Shown: in pieces, positions 22,661 to 32,468 of the stretch
Layout of the letters: each line of letters begins with the position of its first letter
Numbering within the stretch: the stretch's first letter is position 1
Assembly (NCBI GenBank): GCA_963778655.1
Contig: CAVZVA010000008.1
Span: 128,001 to 192,000, forward strand
Origin: an uncultured delta proteobacterium
GTDB lineage: Bacteria > Myxococcota_A > Polyangia > Polyangiales > JAFGIB01
Length of the DNA stretch: 64,000 nt
Direction: 5' to 3'
Position numbers and translations under genes: made by a program
The notes under the pieces: model-generated
Told to the model about the DNA's origin: nothing
The model's input: only the letters and a program-made list of their open reading frames with translations
The model's database searches: none

Positions 22661-23392
22661 ATGCGCATCCTGGCCTTCGATACCTCCTCGGCGATCAGCG
22701 CAGTCGCGGTGTGCGACGGCGATCGCGTGCTGGCGCAGGACGATTCGCCGGCCGAGGACGGCGGCAAGCACGGCGAGGTGCTGCTGCCGCGGATCGAGGC
22801 GGTGCTGGCAGCGGCCGGCCTGCGCTTGCAGCAGCTCGAGCTGATCGCGGTGGGCGTGGGGCCGGGCTCGTTCACCGGCCTGCGCGTGGGGCTGGCGACG
22901 GCCAAAGGGCTTGCGCTCGCCACCGGCATCGCGCTGCGCGGCGTGGGCTCGCTGCAGGTGATGGCGGCCGGGGCGCTCGCGCGCGAGCAGGCGGCGCGCG
23001 CGCTGGCGGTGCTGGACGCGGGCAAGGGCGAGCTGTTCGCGGCGGCGTTCGCGCGCGTGGCTGGGGCGCAGCCGCTGCAGCCGCTGCTTGCGCCGCAACG
23101 CATGCTGCCGCAGGCGCTCGCGCAGCGGGTCGCGGCGCTGGCGGCTGCGGGCGAGCCGCTGTGGCTGTGCGGCGGCGGGGCGCGGCGCGGCTTCGAGCAG
23201 CTTGCGGCCGTGCTGGGCCCTGGCGCGCGCTTGGTCGAGCCCGCGCTGGACCTGCCGCAAGGGCGCCACGTGGCGTCCGAAGCGTGGCGCGAATGGCAAG
23301 CGCAGGGGGCTTCGGACGTCGCCGCGCTCGAGCCGGTCTACCTGCGCGGCAGCGATGCGAAGCTGCCCGACGAGCCGCTTTCATTGGGTTGA
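22661..23392 (+). CDS. tsaB: tRNA threonylcarbamoyladenosine biosynthesis protein TsaB
   Basis: MRILAFDTS, GVGPGSFTGLRVG, LEPVYLR. Confidence 0.93.
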   Translation: MRILAFDTSSAISAVAVCDGDRVLAQDDSPAEDGGKHGEVLLPRIEAVLAAAGLRLQQLELIAVGVGPGSFTGLRVGLATAKGLALATGIALRGVGSLQVMAAGALAREQAARALAVLDAGKGELFAAAFARVAGAQPLQPLLAPQRMLPQALAQRVAALAAAGEPLWLCGGGARRGFEQLAAVLGPGARLVEPALDLPQGRHVASEAWREWQAQGASDVAALEPVYLRGSDAKLPDEPLSLG

Positions 23393-23464
23393 AGGGCCAC
23401 GCGCGGGCGGGGCTTTGCAAAAGCCCGCGCGCGCGTTCTATGGTGCGCGCAAGGAGGGCTGCCC

Positions 23465-23950
23465 ATGCCGTCTTTCGACGTGGTGTCCAAGGTGCAGATG
23501 CACGAGGTCGACAACGCCGTGCAGCAGACGGCCAAGGAGATCGCGACGCGCTACGACTTTCGCGACACCGACAGCGGCATCGAGCGCGGCGACGAGGGCA
23601 TCGTGCTGCGCAGCAACAGCGAGGGCCGGCTCGAGGCCGCGCTGCAGGTGCTGCAGGAGAAGCTGGTGCGGCGCAAGGTCTCGCTCAAGGCGATTGCACC
23701 CGAGAAACCGGCGCCCGCGGGCGGCAGCGCGTTTCGCCAGCTGGTCAAGCTCAACCAGGGCCTGAGCACGGACAAGGCCAAGGAAGTGGTGAAGTTCCTC
23801 AAGGGCACCGGGCTCAAGGTGCAGGCCGCGATCCAGGCCGACCAGGTGCGCGTCACCGGGCCCAAGCGCGACACCCTGCAACAGGCGATCGCCGAGCTGC
23901 GCAACTACGACTTCGGGGTCGAGCTGCAGTTCGAGAACTATCGGGATTAG
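23465..23950 (+). CDS. yajQ: YajQ family nucleotide/c-di-GMP-binding protein
   Basis: MPSFDVVS...RYDF...QFENYRD. Confidence 0.95.
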   Translation: MPSFDVVSKVQMHEVDNAVQQTAKEIATRYDFRDTDSGIERGDEGIVLRSNSEGRLEAALQVLQEKLVRRKVSLKAIAPEKPAPAGGSAFRQLVKLNQGLSTDKAKEVVKFLKGTGLKVQAAIQADQVRVTGPKRDTLQQAIAELRNYDFGVELQFENYRD

Positions 23951-23998
23951 CCAGCACGAGGACGAGCCCGTGCACGAGCACGACCACGGCAGCGAGGG

Positions 23999-25411
23999 TC
24001 AGGCAGGGGTGGTCTTGGCGGTGCGGTAGAGGTGCTCGTAGCGCCGGGCGCTGCGCTCCCAGGATAGGTCGAGCTTCATCACGCGCCTGCGCAGCGCGGC
24101 GAACGCCTCGCGCTTGCCGAAGGCCGAGAGCGCCGCCTGCGCGGCTGACAACAGCGCGCTCGGGTCGCCCGGCTCGAAGGCGAAGCCCGAGCCGGTGGTG
24201 AGCGCCGCGTCGCAGTCGACCACCGCGTCGGCCATGGCGCCCGCCTTGCTCGCGATCGGCAGCGCGCCGTAGCGCTGCGCGCACAGGTGCAGGTCGCCGC
24301 GGCCGGGATCGAGCGCGGGCAGCAGCACGAAATCCGCGGCGGCCAGCGCGAGGTGCTGGATGCGCTCTTGCTTGCTGTCGATCACGCGCAGGCGCTCGTC
24401 GTACTCCTCGGCCAGCGCGAGCAGCGCGTCGCGCTCGTCCGCGGCGCAGTCCACCACCACCAGCTGCACGTCGTTGTGCAGCAGCGGCCCGGCGATCTCG
24501 CGCACCACGCGCTCGGCGCCGCCCGGGAAGCCGCCGCCGACGTTGACGACCAGCGGGGTGTCGGGACGGATCGGCAGCTCGAGCTCGAGCTGCAGCGTGT
24601 CCTTGCAGCGCGCCTTGCCGCGCAGGTCTGCGTGATCGAAGCGCGCGGGCAGCAGCGGGTCGGTGAGCGGGTTCCAGCGCGCGGCGTCCAGCCCGTTCAG
24701 GATGCCGAACAGCTTGTTCTCGGCGCCGAGCGCATCGCGCAGGCCCGCCTCGTGGCCGTCGTCGAGCAAGGCCTGGGCTTCGGTCTCGGAGCTGGCGACC
24801 ACCCGCTGGGCCGCGGCGATGCCGGCGCGCAGCAGGCTGGCCCGCTCGCCTTCGCCGCACAGCACGCGCACCGCCTCGGGCGGGGTGAGCCCGGCGGGCA
24901 GCGCACGCAGCAGCCCTTGCTGGCGCGCGTCGTGCAGGGACAGCACGCGCACCGCCTGCGGCAGCGACTGCTGTACCAGCGGCAGCACGGCCGCCGCGAA
25001 CCAGCCGTGCGCGTGCACCACCTCCGGCTCGGGCGAGCGCGCGCGCAGCGCCTGCTCCGCGGCCAGCGCCAGCACCAGCGCCGCCTCCGGCCCCAGCGCA
25101 TCCTGCGCGAACAGCTCGGCCTGCCCCACGAACAGCAGCTCGACCCCGCCGGTGGTGCGGCCGTCGTGCAGCGTGCAGGTGTGGCGCGTGCCGCCGAGCT
25201 CGACCTCGACGCCGCTCAGCCGGCGCGCCAGGCCGCGCGCGGTGGGGTCGATGTCGGGCCAAAGCGGCGAGATCACCGTGACCTTGTGGCCGATGCTGCG
25301 CAGGGCCTTGGGCAGCGCGGCGCAGGCGTCGGCCACCTCGCCGCCGCGCCCGTAGGGCGTGATTTCCGGGGTGACGAAGGCGATCTCCACGGCCGCGGAC
25401 CCTACACCCAT
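23999..25411 (-). CDS. Glycogen/starch synthase-like GT5 protein with degenerate catalytic motifs
   Basis: EIAFVTPEITPY, ALPKAL, GILNGLD..WNP.TD, RYGALPI, DLSWERSA; conserved active-site residues altered. Confidence 0.75.
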   Translation of the reverse strand: MGVGSAAVEIAFVTPEITPYGRGGEVADACAALPKALRSIGHKVTVISPLWPDIDPTARGLARRLSGVEVELGGTRHTCTLHDGRTTGGVELLFVGQAELFAQDALGPEAALVLALAAEQALRARSPEPEVVHAHGWFAAAVLPLVQQSLPQAVRVLSLHDARQQGLLRALPAGLTPPEAVRVLCGEGERASLLRAGIAAAQRVVASSETEAQALLDDGHEAGLRDALGAENKLFGILNGLDAARWNPLTDPLLPARFDHADLRGKARCKDTLQLELELPIRPDTPLVVNVGGGFPGGAERVVREIAGPLLHNDVQLVVVDCAADERDALLALAEEYDERLRVIDSKQERIQHLALAAADFVLLPALDPGRGDLHLCAQRYGALPIASKAGAMADAVVDCDAALTTGSGFAFEPGDPSALLSAAQAALSAFGKREAFAALRRRVMKLDLSWERSARRYEHLYRTAKTTPA

Positions 25412-25525
25412 CCGCCCCGTGAAATGAAGCACTCGTTGCCCGGCCGGCAAATCCCACGCAGTATTGCCGGGTTGCGGCGGTCCGGGCAGGGCGCGCCGGG
25501 GCCGCGCGCCGGCGCGTCGAGATCG

Positions 25526-26485
25526 ATGTCCGACTCGATCATCTCCATATATCCCGATGGCACCCCCGCGGTTTCTCGGGCGTGTGTGCTCGGGGCGAGC
25601 GGCATGCTGGGGACCGCGCTGGTGGCCGGCATGCTCAAGGCCGGCACCTCGGTCACGGCCTTCAGCCGCAAGCGCCGGCAGAGCGACCAACCCGGGCTCG
25701 GGCACTGGGACCCGGCCGCCGGCACGATCGAGGCCGAGCGGCTCGAGGGCTGCGACGCTGTGGTCAACCTGGCCGGCGAGAACCTAGGCGAGGGGCGCTG
25801 GAGCGCGGCGCGCAAGCGCGCGCTGTGGGCGAGCAGGGTGGACAGCACCGCGCTGCTGTGCCGCACGCTGGCGGCGCTGCGGCAGCCGCCGCGCGTGCTG
25901 GTCAACGCGTCGGCGGTCGGCTTCTACGGCGATCGCGGCGACACCGCGGTCGACGAGGAGAGCCCGCGCGGCGAGGGCTTTCTGGCCGAGCTGTGCGAGG
26001 CCTGGGAGGCGGCCACCCAGCCGGCAGCCGACGCCGGCATCCGCGTGGTCAAGCTGCGCTACGGCGTGATCCTGACCCCGTTCGACGGCGCGCTGGCGCG
26101 CATGCTCGGACCGTTTCGTATGGGGCTCGGCGGGCGGCTGGGCAGCGGGCAGCAGCGCATGCCCTGGATCGCGCTCGCCGACGCGGTCGGCGCCACGCGC
26201 TTCGCCACGCGCCACCCCGACCTGGCGGGCCCGGTCAACGTGGTGGCGCCCGAGTCGGTGACCAACCGGCAGTTGTGCCATGCGCTCGGTCGTGTGCTGC
26301 ACCGCCCGGCGGCCGTGCCCGTCCCGGCCCTCGCGCTCAAGACCGCCTTCGGCGCGCAGATGGCGCGAGAGATGCTGCTGAGCGGCGCCAACGTCCGCCC
26401 CCGCAAGCTCGAAATCACCGGCTACCGCTTCGAGTACCCCCGCTTGGAAGACGCGCTGGAGGCGATGCTGGGAAGAGGCCGGTAG
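25526..26485 (+). CDS. TIGR01777/YfcH-family NAD-dependent epimerase
   Basis: GASGMLG, VVNLAGE, ASAVGFYG, GGRLGSGQQ.MPWI. Confidence 0.9.
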   Translation: MSDSIISIYPDGTPAVSRACVLGASGMLGTALVAGMLKAGTSVTAFSRKRRQSDQPGLGHWDPAAGTIEAERLEGCDAVVNLAGENLGEGRWSAARKRALWASRVDSTALLCRTLAALRQPPRVLVNASAVGFYGDRGDTAVDEESPRGEGFLAELCEAWEAATQPAADAGIRVVKLRYGVILTPFDGALARMLGPFRMGLGGRLGSGQQRMPWIALADAVGATRFATRHPDLAGPVNVVAPESVTNRQLCHALGRVLHRPAAVPVPALALKTAFGAQMAREMLLSGANVRPRKLEITGYRFEYPRLEDALEAMLGRGR

Positions 26486-26600
26486 GGTTCCTCGAGGCAC
26501 CGCCTCGGCCCACACCCACCACGCCCCCCGGCACCAGTCGTGCGTCGTGGTCGACTCGCCTAGACTCACGTCCACGCCGAGCCTACCGCGCCTTCGCCCT

Positions 26601-27104
26601 TCAAACCGTGTCGTACTTCTTGCGTTGCTCGGCGAGGTCGGCTTCGAGCGCAGCGCGGATGGCGGGGTCGTGTAGCGCGAGGATGCGCGCGGCCAGATAG
26701 GCGGCGTTCTTGGCGCCGTCCACGCCCACGGTTGCGACCGGGATGCCGGGCGGCATCTGCACGGTGGCGAGCAACGCGTCGATGCCCGCGAGCGCGCCCG
26801 AGGCCAGCGGCACGCCGATCACGGGCAGCATGGTTTGCGCCGCCACCGCGCCCGCCAGGTGTGCGGCCATGCCCGCGCACGCGATCAGCACCTCGATGCC
26901 GCGCGCGGGCGCTTGCTGCAGATACGCGCTCACGCGCTCGGGGGTGCGGTGCGCCGACAGCACCTTGAGCTCGCAGCCGATGCCGAGCTGCTCGAGCGTG
27001 GCCTTGGCCTTGTTCACGACCTCGAGGTCGCTCGGGCTGCCGGTCAGGATGCCGACTCGCACGGCGGCCGGCGCGGGAGGGTTGCGTGAAGCTGCGGTCG
27101 CCAT
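26601..27104 (-). CDS. purE: N5-CAIR mutase
   Basis: GSPSD, SAHRTP, AGMAAHLAG, VQMPPGIPVATV. Confidence 0.95.
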   Translation of the reverse strand: MATAASRNPPAPAAVRVGILTGSPSDLEVVNKAKATLEQLGIGCELKVLSAHRTPERVSAYLQQAPARGIEVLIACAGMAAHLAGAVAAQTMLPVIGVPLASGALAGIDALLATVQMPPGIPVATVGVDGAKNAAYLAARILALHDPAIRAALEADLAEQRKKYDTV

Positions 27105-27207
27105 CAGGCCGGCGTTTGTAACCCGAATGCGCGGCGCCGGCCAGGGTGGGCGCGGCCCCCGGCCTTGCGCTCTTGCGCGCGCCCGCTGCGGCGGGCGTAA
27201 ATGGGGC

Positions 27208-28119
27208 ATGCGCCGCCGCCCGCTGACCTCGCTCGCGTCCGTTTGTCTCGTGTGCTCGCTGGGTTGCGGCGGGCCGCCGCCGGCGGCGCCTGCGCCCGAG
27301 AAGGCGGAGAAGCCGGCGGGAACGGCGCAGACGGCGGCGACGCCGGCGGGGGAGGGGGCGAGCACGACTACGAGCACGAGCACGACGACGGGGGCGGGGC
27401 CGGGGACCGCGCCGGCGCCCGCGGAGCCCGCGCCGCAGTCCGCTACCGAGGAGGCGTGCGGCCAGATCATCGTGGTCTCGTACAAGGGCGCCGCGCATGC
27501 CAAGCCCGGCATCAGCCGCAGCAAGGACGCGGCCGCAAAGCGCGCGCAGGCGCTGCTCGACCAGCTCAAAGCCGGCGCCGACTTCGCCGAGCTCGCGCGC
27601 AAGGAATCCGACGCGCCCTCGAGCGCACCGCGCGGCGGCGAGATGGGCACCTATGCGCGCAACGCCTGGCCGCAGCTGCACTACGCGCTGCTCGGTCCAC
27701 TGTTCGGCCTGCAGGTCGGCCAGACCGCGCCCGCGCCGGTCGAGGCCCCGTATGGCTACGTGCTGGTGCGGCGCTGCGCCGTGGAGAAAGCCCACGCCCG
27801 CCACATCCTGATCCGTTACAAGGGCGCCGAGAAGGCGCCCAAGAGCATCACGCGCACCAAGGCCCAGGCCAAGCAGCGCGCCGAAGAGCTGCTGCGCCAG
27901 CTCGACGCCGGCGCCGACTTCGCCACGCTCGCGCGCAAGGAGTCGGAGGACGGCTCCGCCCGGCGCGGCGGCGACCTCGGCATCCAAGCCCGCGGCGCCT
28001 TCGCCGCCCCCTTCGAAAGCGCCCTCTTCGCCCTCAAGCCCGGCGAGCGCAGCGGCGTGGTCGAAACCGAGTTCGGCTTCCACATCATCGAGCGCGTCGC
28101 CGACCCGGCGGCGCGCTGA
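27208..28119 (+). CDS. Parvulin-type peptidyl-prolyl isomerase lipoprotein with two rotamase domains
   Basis: Lipobox SLGC; two F.ELAR..S..GG.G modules; ARHILI and TEFGFHII. Confidence 0.88.
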   Translation: MRRRPLTSLASVCLVCSLGCGGPPPAAPAPEKAEKPAGTAQTAATPAGEGASTTTSTSTTTGAGPGTAPAPAEPAPQSATEEACGQIIVVSYKGAAHAKPGISRSKDAAAKRAQALLDQLKAGADFAELARKESDAPSSAPRGGEMGTYARNAWPQLHYALLGPLFGLQVGQTAPAPVEAPYGYVLVRRCAVEKAHARHILIRYKGAEKAPKSITRTKAQAKQRAEELLRQLDAGADFATLARKESEDGSARRGGDLGIQARGAFAAPFESALFALKPGERSGVVETEFGFHIIERVADPAAR

Positions 28120-28241
28120 GCGAGCAGCGAGAGGTGCGGCGCCACGCCTCACGCTTCACATGAATCGTCACAGCCGCGCCACCCCGCAGCACCTGAGATT
28201 CCACACGAATTCCAGCCCCCGCCAGCCTCCCGGCCCCGACC

Positions 28242-28269
28242 TTGACACCCAACCCCCCCGCGATATCTT
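28242..28269 (+). promoter_or_regulatory. Sigma70-type promoter of tRNA-Asn
   Basis: TTGACA (28242-28247), 16-bp spacer, TATCTT (28264-28269), 11 bp before the tRNA. Confidence 0.65.
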
Positions 28270-28280
28270 TCGCAGCCCAT

Positions 28281-28356
28281 TCCGGAATAGCTCAGCTGGT
28301 AGAGCGGTCGGCTGTTAACCGATTGGTCGTAGGTTCGAGTCCTACTTCCGGAGCCA
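28281..28356 (+). tRNA. tRNA-Asn (GTT)
   Basis: TCCGGAA acceptor stem, AGCTCAGCTGGTAGAGC D arm, CTGTTAA anticodon loop, GGTTCGAGTCC T arm, encoded CCA; 76 nt. Confidence 0.97.
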
Positions 28357-28395
28357 TTTTTGCCCAAGGCGAACCACCTTGGGCGCCAGGTAAAC

Positions 28396-28437
28396 AGAGG
28401 GCCTCATCGGGATGACCGGCGAGGCCCTCTTCTTTTT
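28396..28437 (+). terminator. Intrinsic terminator after the tRNA
   Basis: AGAGGGCCTC...GAGGCCCTCT followed by TCTTTTT; a second hairpin GCCCAAGG..CCTTGGGC lies just upstream. Confidence 0.7.
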
Positions 28438-28790
28438 CCCGTTGTTCCGCGGGGTCTTGCGGCATCTCGGTGATCGGCGCGCGCTCGTGGTCGCGTGCGA
28501 TGCTCAGAGCACGAGGTCGCGCGCGAGCTGCTTCGCGACGCCCGAAGAGCGGCTCTGAGGGGCAGAGAGCCGGGCTCGGCTCTGCGAGTCGGATTTAACA
28601 ACGCGCGGCTCTGAGCTTTACAGCCCTGTGCTTGCCGACCGGCGACCGGTTGCTTCACAGGACGCACGTCGTTGATGTCGCTCGCGTTCTCGTCGTCGCG
28701 CGCGGGGCTCAGAGCACGCGGCGGGAATGGCTGGGCGATGCCATGTGGTGGTTGCCAACGAAAATGGCTCTGGGGTTAGCAGCTGTGAAG

Positions 28791-29072
28791 CTAAGAGCGT
28801 TCGCCGGACGACGACTCAGGTGTGGCGGCCCGGTCGGGATCTGTGTGCCGCGGCAGGGATCGAGCCTTCGGCAGGAGGCCACGCTTCCAACGATGCCGAT
28901 ACCGGTCCTCCACCTCCATGGCGACGACCCAACCGAGCGCGTAGAGCCCGAAGCCTGGAGCGAAGCCGTCGGGCCCGAGCCAGATGAGCATCGCGCACAA
29001 CCCCACACAACCGAGGACGAAGATGCCGGCGCTTACGAGCTCGATCGGGTTCGTCCTTTCGAGATCCGGCAC
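28791..29072 (-). CDS. Small hypothetical membrane protein
   Basis: GTG start after GGAG, two hydrophobic segments, sigma54-like motif just upstream. Confidence 0.4.
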   Translation of the reverse strand: MPDLERTNPIELVSAGIFVLGCVGLCAMLIWLGPDGFAPGFGLYALGWVVAMEVEDRYRHRWKRGLLPKARSLPRHTDPDRAATPESSSGERS

Positions 29073-29084
29073 ACTCCCGGAGTC

Positions 29085-29100
29085 AGCAAGGATTGCGCCG
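29085..29100 (-). promoter_or_regulatory. Sigma54 -24/-12 promoter candidate
   Basis: Minus strand CGGCGC-AATCC-TTGCT (GG-N10-GC). Confidence 0.5.
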
Positions 29101-29183
29101 AACTGGATAGCCACTTTGGTGCCTGATCTTAGGCCTTTTTCCGAGCCCGGCCGCGCGCGGCGCAATGCGGGGCGTCCCGAGGT

Positions 29184-29198
29184 CGTGCATCTTGCACG
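29184..29198. promoter_or_regulatory. Palindromic enhancer-binding-protein site candidate
   Basis: CGTGCA-TCT-TGCACG perfect inverted repeat between divergent genes; variants at 38592, 40693 and 40794. Confidence 0.55.
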
Positions 29199-29240
29199 GA
29201 CGCCGCGCAGCGGACCCGTGCAATCCCTTGCCTTTGGACG

Positions 29241-29256
29241 CGGCCTGGAGCTTGCA
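29241..29256 (+). promoter_or_regulatory. Sigma54 -24/-12 promoter candidate of the response regulator
   Basis: CGGCCT-GGAGC-TTGCA (GG-N10-GC). Confidence 0.45.
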
Positions 29257-29289
29257 TCATCTGGGTGGCTGACGCTGAATAGGGGCTTG

Positions 29290-30664
29290 ATGGACTCTAC
29301 ACCGTTGCGCGCGCTAGTCGTGGACGACGAGCCGAACATCCGCTCGACGCTCTCGGTGTGTCTCGAGTCGATCGGCTGCGAGGTTCATGCGGCCGCAGGG
29401 GCACGCGAAGCCCTGGCGGTAGTCGAGCGCCGTCCCTTCGACATCGTGTTTCTCGATGTGCGGCTCGGCCAAGCCGATGGGATGGCTCTGCTGCCGGAGC
29501 TCCTCCGGCTTTCTCCCCGCCTGGCGGTGGTGATGATCACCGCGTACGCGAGCATCGAGAGCGCAGTACAGGCAGTGAAGGCGGGCGCCCAGGACTACCT
29601 GCCCAAGCCCTTCACTCCGGCGCAGATACGGCTGATCGTCGATCGATATCGGGAACGGGCCGCTCTCGAGAGTCGCGTGGCCGACCTGGAGGGAAGGCTC
29701 GCAGACACGTCGCCTCGAATCGTGATCGAGACCCACTCGAAATTGATGCAGCAGGCGATCGACACCATCACGCAAGCGGCCAGGGCTGACGCGGCGGTAC
29801 TGCTTCGCGGGGAGAGCGGGACCGGAAAAGGCGTCCTCGCCCGCCTCCTGCACGAGCGAAGCGCCCGCGCCGCTCGGCGACTCGTGACGGTGAACTGCCC
29901 GACTTTGACCGATGAGCTGCTTGCGAGTGAGCTTTTCGGTCATGTGCGGGGAGCCTTCACTGGAGCGGTGCGAGATCAGCGCGGCAAGGTGGAAGACGCC
30001 GACGGCGGAACCCTGTTCTTGGATGAGATCGGTGAAATCTCTCCGGCGCTTCAGACCAAGCTCTTGCGCTTCGTCCAGGATCGAGAATTCGAACGCGTCG
30101 GGGACACCCAGACGCGACGCGCCGACGTCCGCTTGGTTGCCGCCACCAACCGCGACCTCCAGGCAGACGTCGAGGCTGGACGCTTTCGTCTGGACCTTCT
30201 GTACCGGTTGAATGTGATCGAGGTAACGGTTCCCGCTCTGCGCGAACGCGGCGAGGATCTCGTCGCCCTGGCCCACCACTTCCTCTCTTTCGCGGCGCGG
30301 GATGTCGGCCGTCCCACACCGGCTTTGAGTCCGGAAGCGGACGCCGTCCTACTTGGTTACACGTGGCCCGGCAACGTGCGTGAGCTCAAGAACGAGATGG
30401 AGCGCGCCGTCGTCTTGTCGCCACGGGAGGTTCTTGGCCCCGAGAGCTTCTCCGACCGCGTGCGAGGAGGCGCCAGCCTGGTCCCCTCGGTCGGCGGCGA
30501 CTTCACGCTCGGCCAGGTCGAAAAGGAGCACATGCTTCGGGTGTTGGCGCGGACAGCGACCCGGGAGGAGGCCGCACGTGTTCTCGGCATCGACCCATCA
30601 ACCCTCTGGCGCCGGCTCAAGCGCTACGAAGAGGGTGGCGAGGAGCCGGAATCCATCCGCCTGA
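29290..30664 (+). CDS. Sigma54-dependent response regulator (REC-AAA+-Fis HTH; AlgB/NtrC family); end approximate because the ORF reads through
   Basis: LVVDDE receiver, GESGTGK, GAFTGA, LFLDEIG, WPGNVREL, LGIDPSTLWRRLK. Confidence 0.9.
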
Positions 30665-32468
30665 CGTTGCCCGTTGTCGTCCTTGGACTTCACGGGGATC
30701 GTGAACCAGAAGCGCGCTCCGCCGAGCGGGGAGGTATCGACGCCGACGGTTCCGCCGTGGGCTCGGACGATGTCCTCCACGATGCTGAGCCCGAGACCGC
30801 TTCCCTGCTTGCTCGTCCCTGGCACTCGAAAGAACTTCGCAAAGACGCGCTCGCGGAGCTCCTCCGGAACCCCCGGACCCGTGTCGTCAACGAAGATTCT
30901 CGTAGGGCCGCCGCCCGATTCGAAGCCAACCTCTACGCGCCCACCCTCGCCAGCATGAAGAATCGCGTTTTCGATCAGGTTGTCCAGCACCCGCTGGAGG
31001 CGCGATGGGTCCGCATCGATCGCGACCAAACTGTCGCCTGGAACGATCGCCAGGCCTTTTCCGGCTTGACGTGCCTGGGCCTCGTGGCGAGCAACGGCGT
31101 CCTTCATGAGATCTGCGACGTTGAGCTTGGACCGGGCGAGCCGCGCCGCACCGGATTCGAGCCGCGCCATCTCGAGCAGCTCTTCAACGACCGACTGCAG
31201 CCGTTCGCAATCTTGCCGTGCTGCGGCCAACAAGTCGCGTTGCCGGTCCGTCAAGGGTCCGGCGGCCTGTTCCAGACAAAGATGCACCGCCATGTGAAGC
31301 GACGTCAGCGGCGTTCGGAGCTCATGTGCCGCGGCGGCCACAAGGTCGCCGTGGAATCCCTCGAGCCGCCGACCTCGCGACACGTCACGCAACGCAACGG
31401 TAACACCCGAGAGTACTTCGCCCTTCGTACGGACGGGGGTTGCACTGGTTAGAAACCATTTGGGCATCGACCCCCCAGGCACCTCCACGGCAGCCTCGAG
31501 TGAGCCTGGCTCGTATGCTTCGCCCGAGTCCCGCACCGTCTCGAAGGCATTGCGCACCGCGTCCTGCAGAGGTTCAGGCAAAAGCTCGAGCTTCAGCTCC
31601 GCACCCACGAGCCGGGACGCGATCTCGTTGCTCGTGATTGGTGTCCCGTCGAGATCGTACACGATGACCGCCTCGGCAAGGCTGTCCATCACCGACTCGA
31701 GGCGGTTGTTCGCGTCGAGGAGCTCGCCAATCGAGCTCTGCTGGTACTGCGCGAGGCGCTCCGCCATGCCATTGAAGGAGCTCGATAGGGATGCGATCTC
31801 GTCCTTCCCCGAGACTCGGATCCGAGCGTCGAAATCGCCGTCGGCAAGGCGTTGCACAGCCCGCTCGAGCACGCGCACCGGAGCTAGAATGCGGCGCAGC
31901 CACGCACCCGCGAGGAACACCGCGAGCAAGAACGCGATCACTGCGCTTGTCGCGAGAGCCCCCCGACTCGCTCCGCTTCCCCGCGTGCAACGCTGCTCTT
32001 GCGTTGCATGGCCGTACGGTTCATCTCGAGGATCCGAGTGACGGCTTCGCGAAGAGCACGCGAACGCTCGCGATAGATCTGCAGTCCTTCCGTGGTCGCC
32101 ACCCTATCCAGTCCGGCCCGATACGATTCCCACAGACGCCGAAGCTCTTCCGTCGACTCCTTTTCACCCTCCTCGGTGATGTTGCTCTCCTGAAGACGCA
32201 GCTCGCGATCGAACGACGCGAGTGGATCGGACAGCTCGCCACGTGAGATGGCCTCGCCGCGCAGGTTCGCGGAGATCACGTGCTGATCGATCGTGTCGAT
32301 CGAATGCAGCATGCCGCGTCCAGCATCGAAGCTGCGGAAGTTTTCCTGAAGAATCTCGCCCGGCGCCGCGCCGAAGCGGACGGCTGCGTACAGCGAGCCA
32401 GCGGCAACCACCGCCAGCGCAAGGACCAACGGAAGCTGCGAGAGCAGCAGCTTGGCTCGCAAGCTCAC
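30598..32468 (-). CDS. Membrane sensor histidine kinase (4HB-HAMP-PAS-HisKA-HATPase, KinB-like), frameshifted near 31940-32000
   Basis: AHELRTPLT, NLIENA, DTGPG, GSGLGL boxes; the N-terminal TM/sensor part lies in ORF 31938-32567. Confidence 0.85.

Noticed and set aside
28357..28790. Integrase or attachment-site duplication next to the tRNA
   Set aside because: I found no recombinase motifs and no second copy of the tRNA 3' end in the window.
28984..31452. 822-aa sigma54 regulator with a long C-terminal extension
   Set aside because: The extension after the Fis HTH is the antisense reading of the histidine kinase; a lost stop or indel near 30660 is more likely than a real domain.
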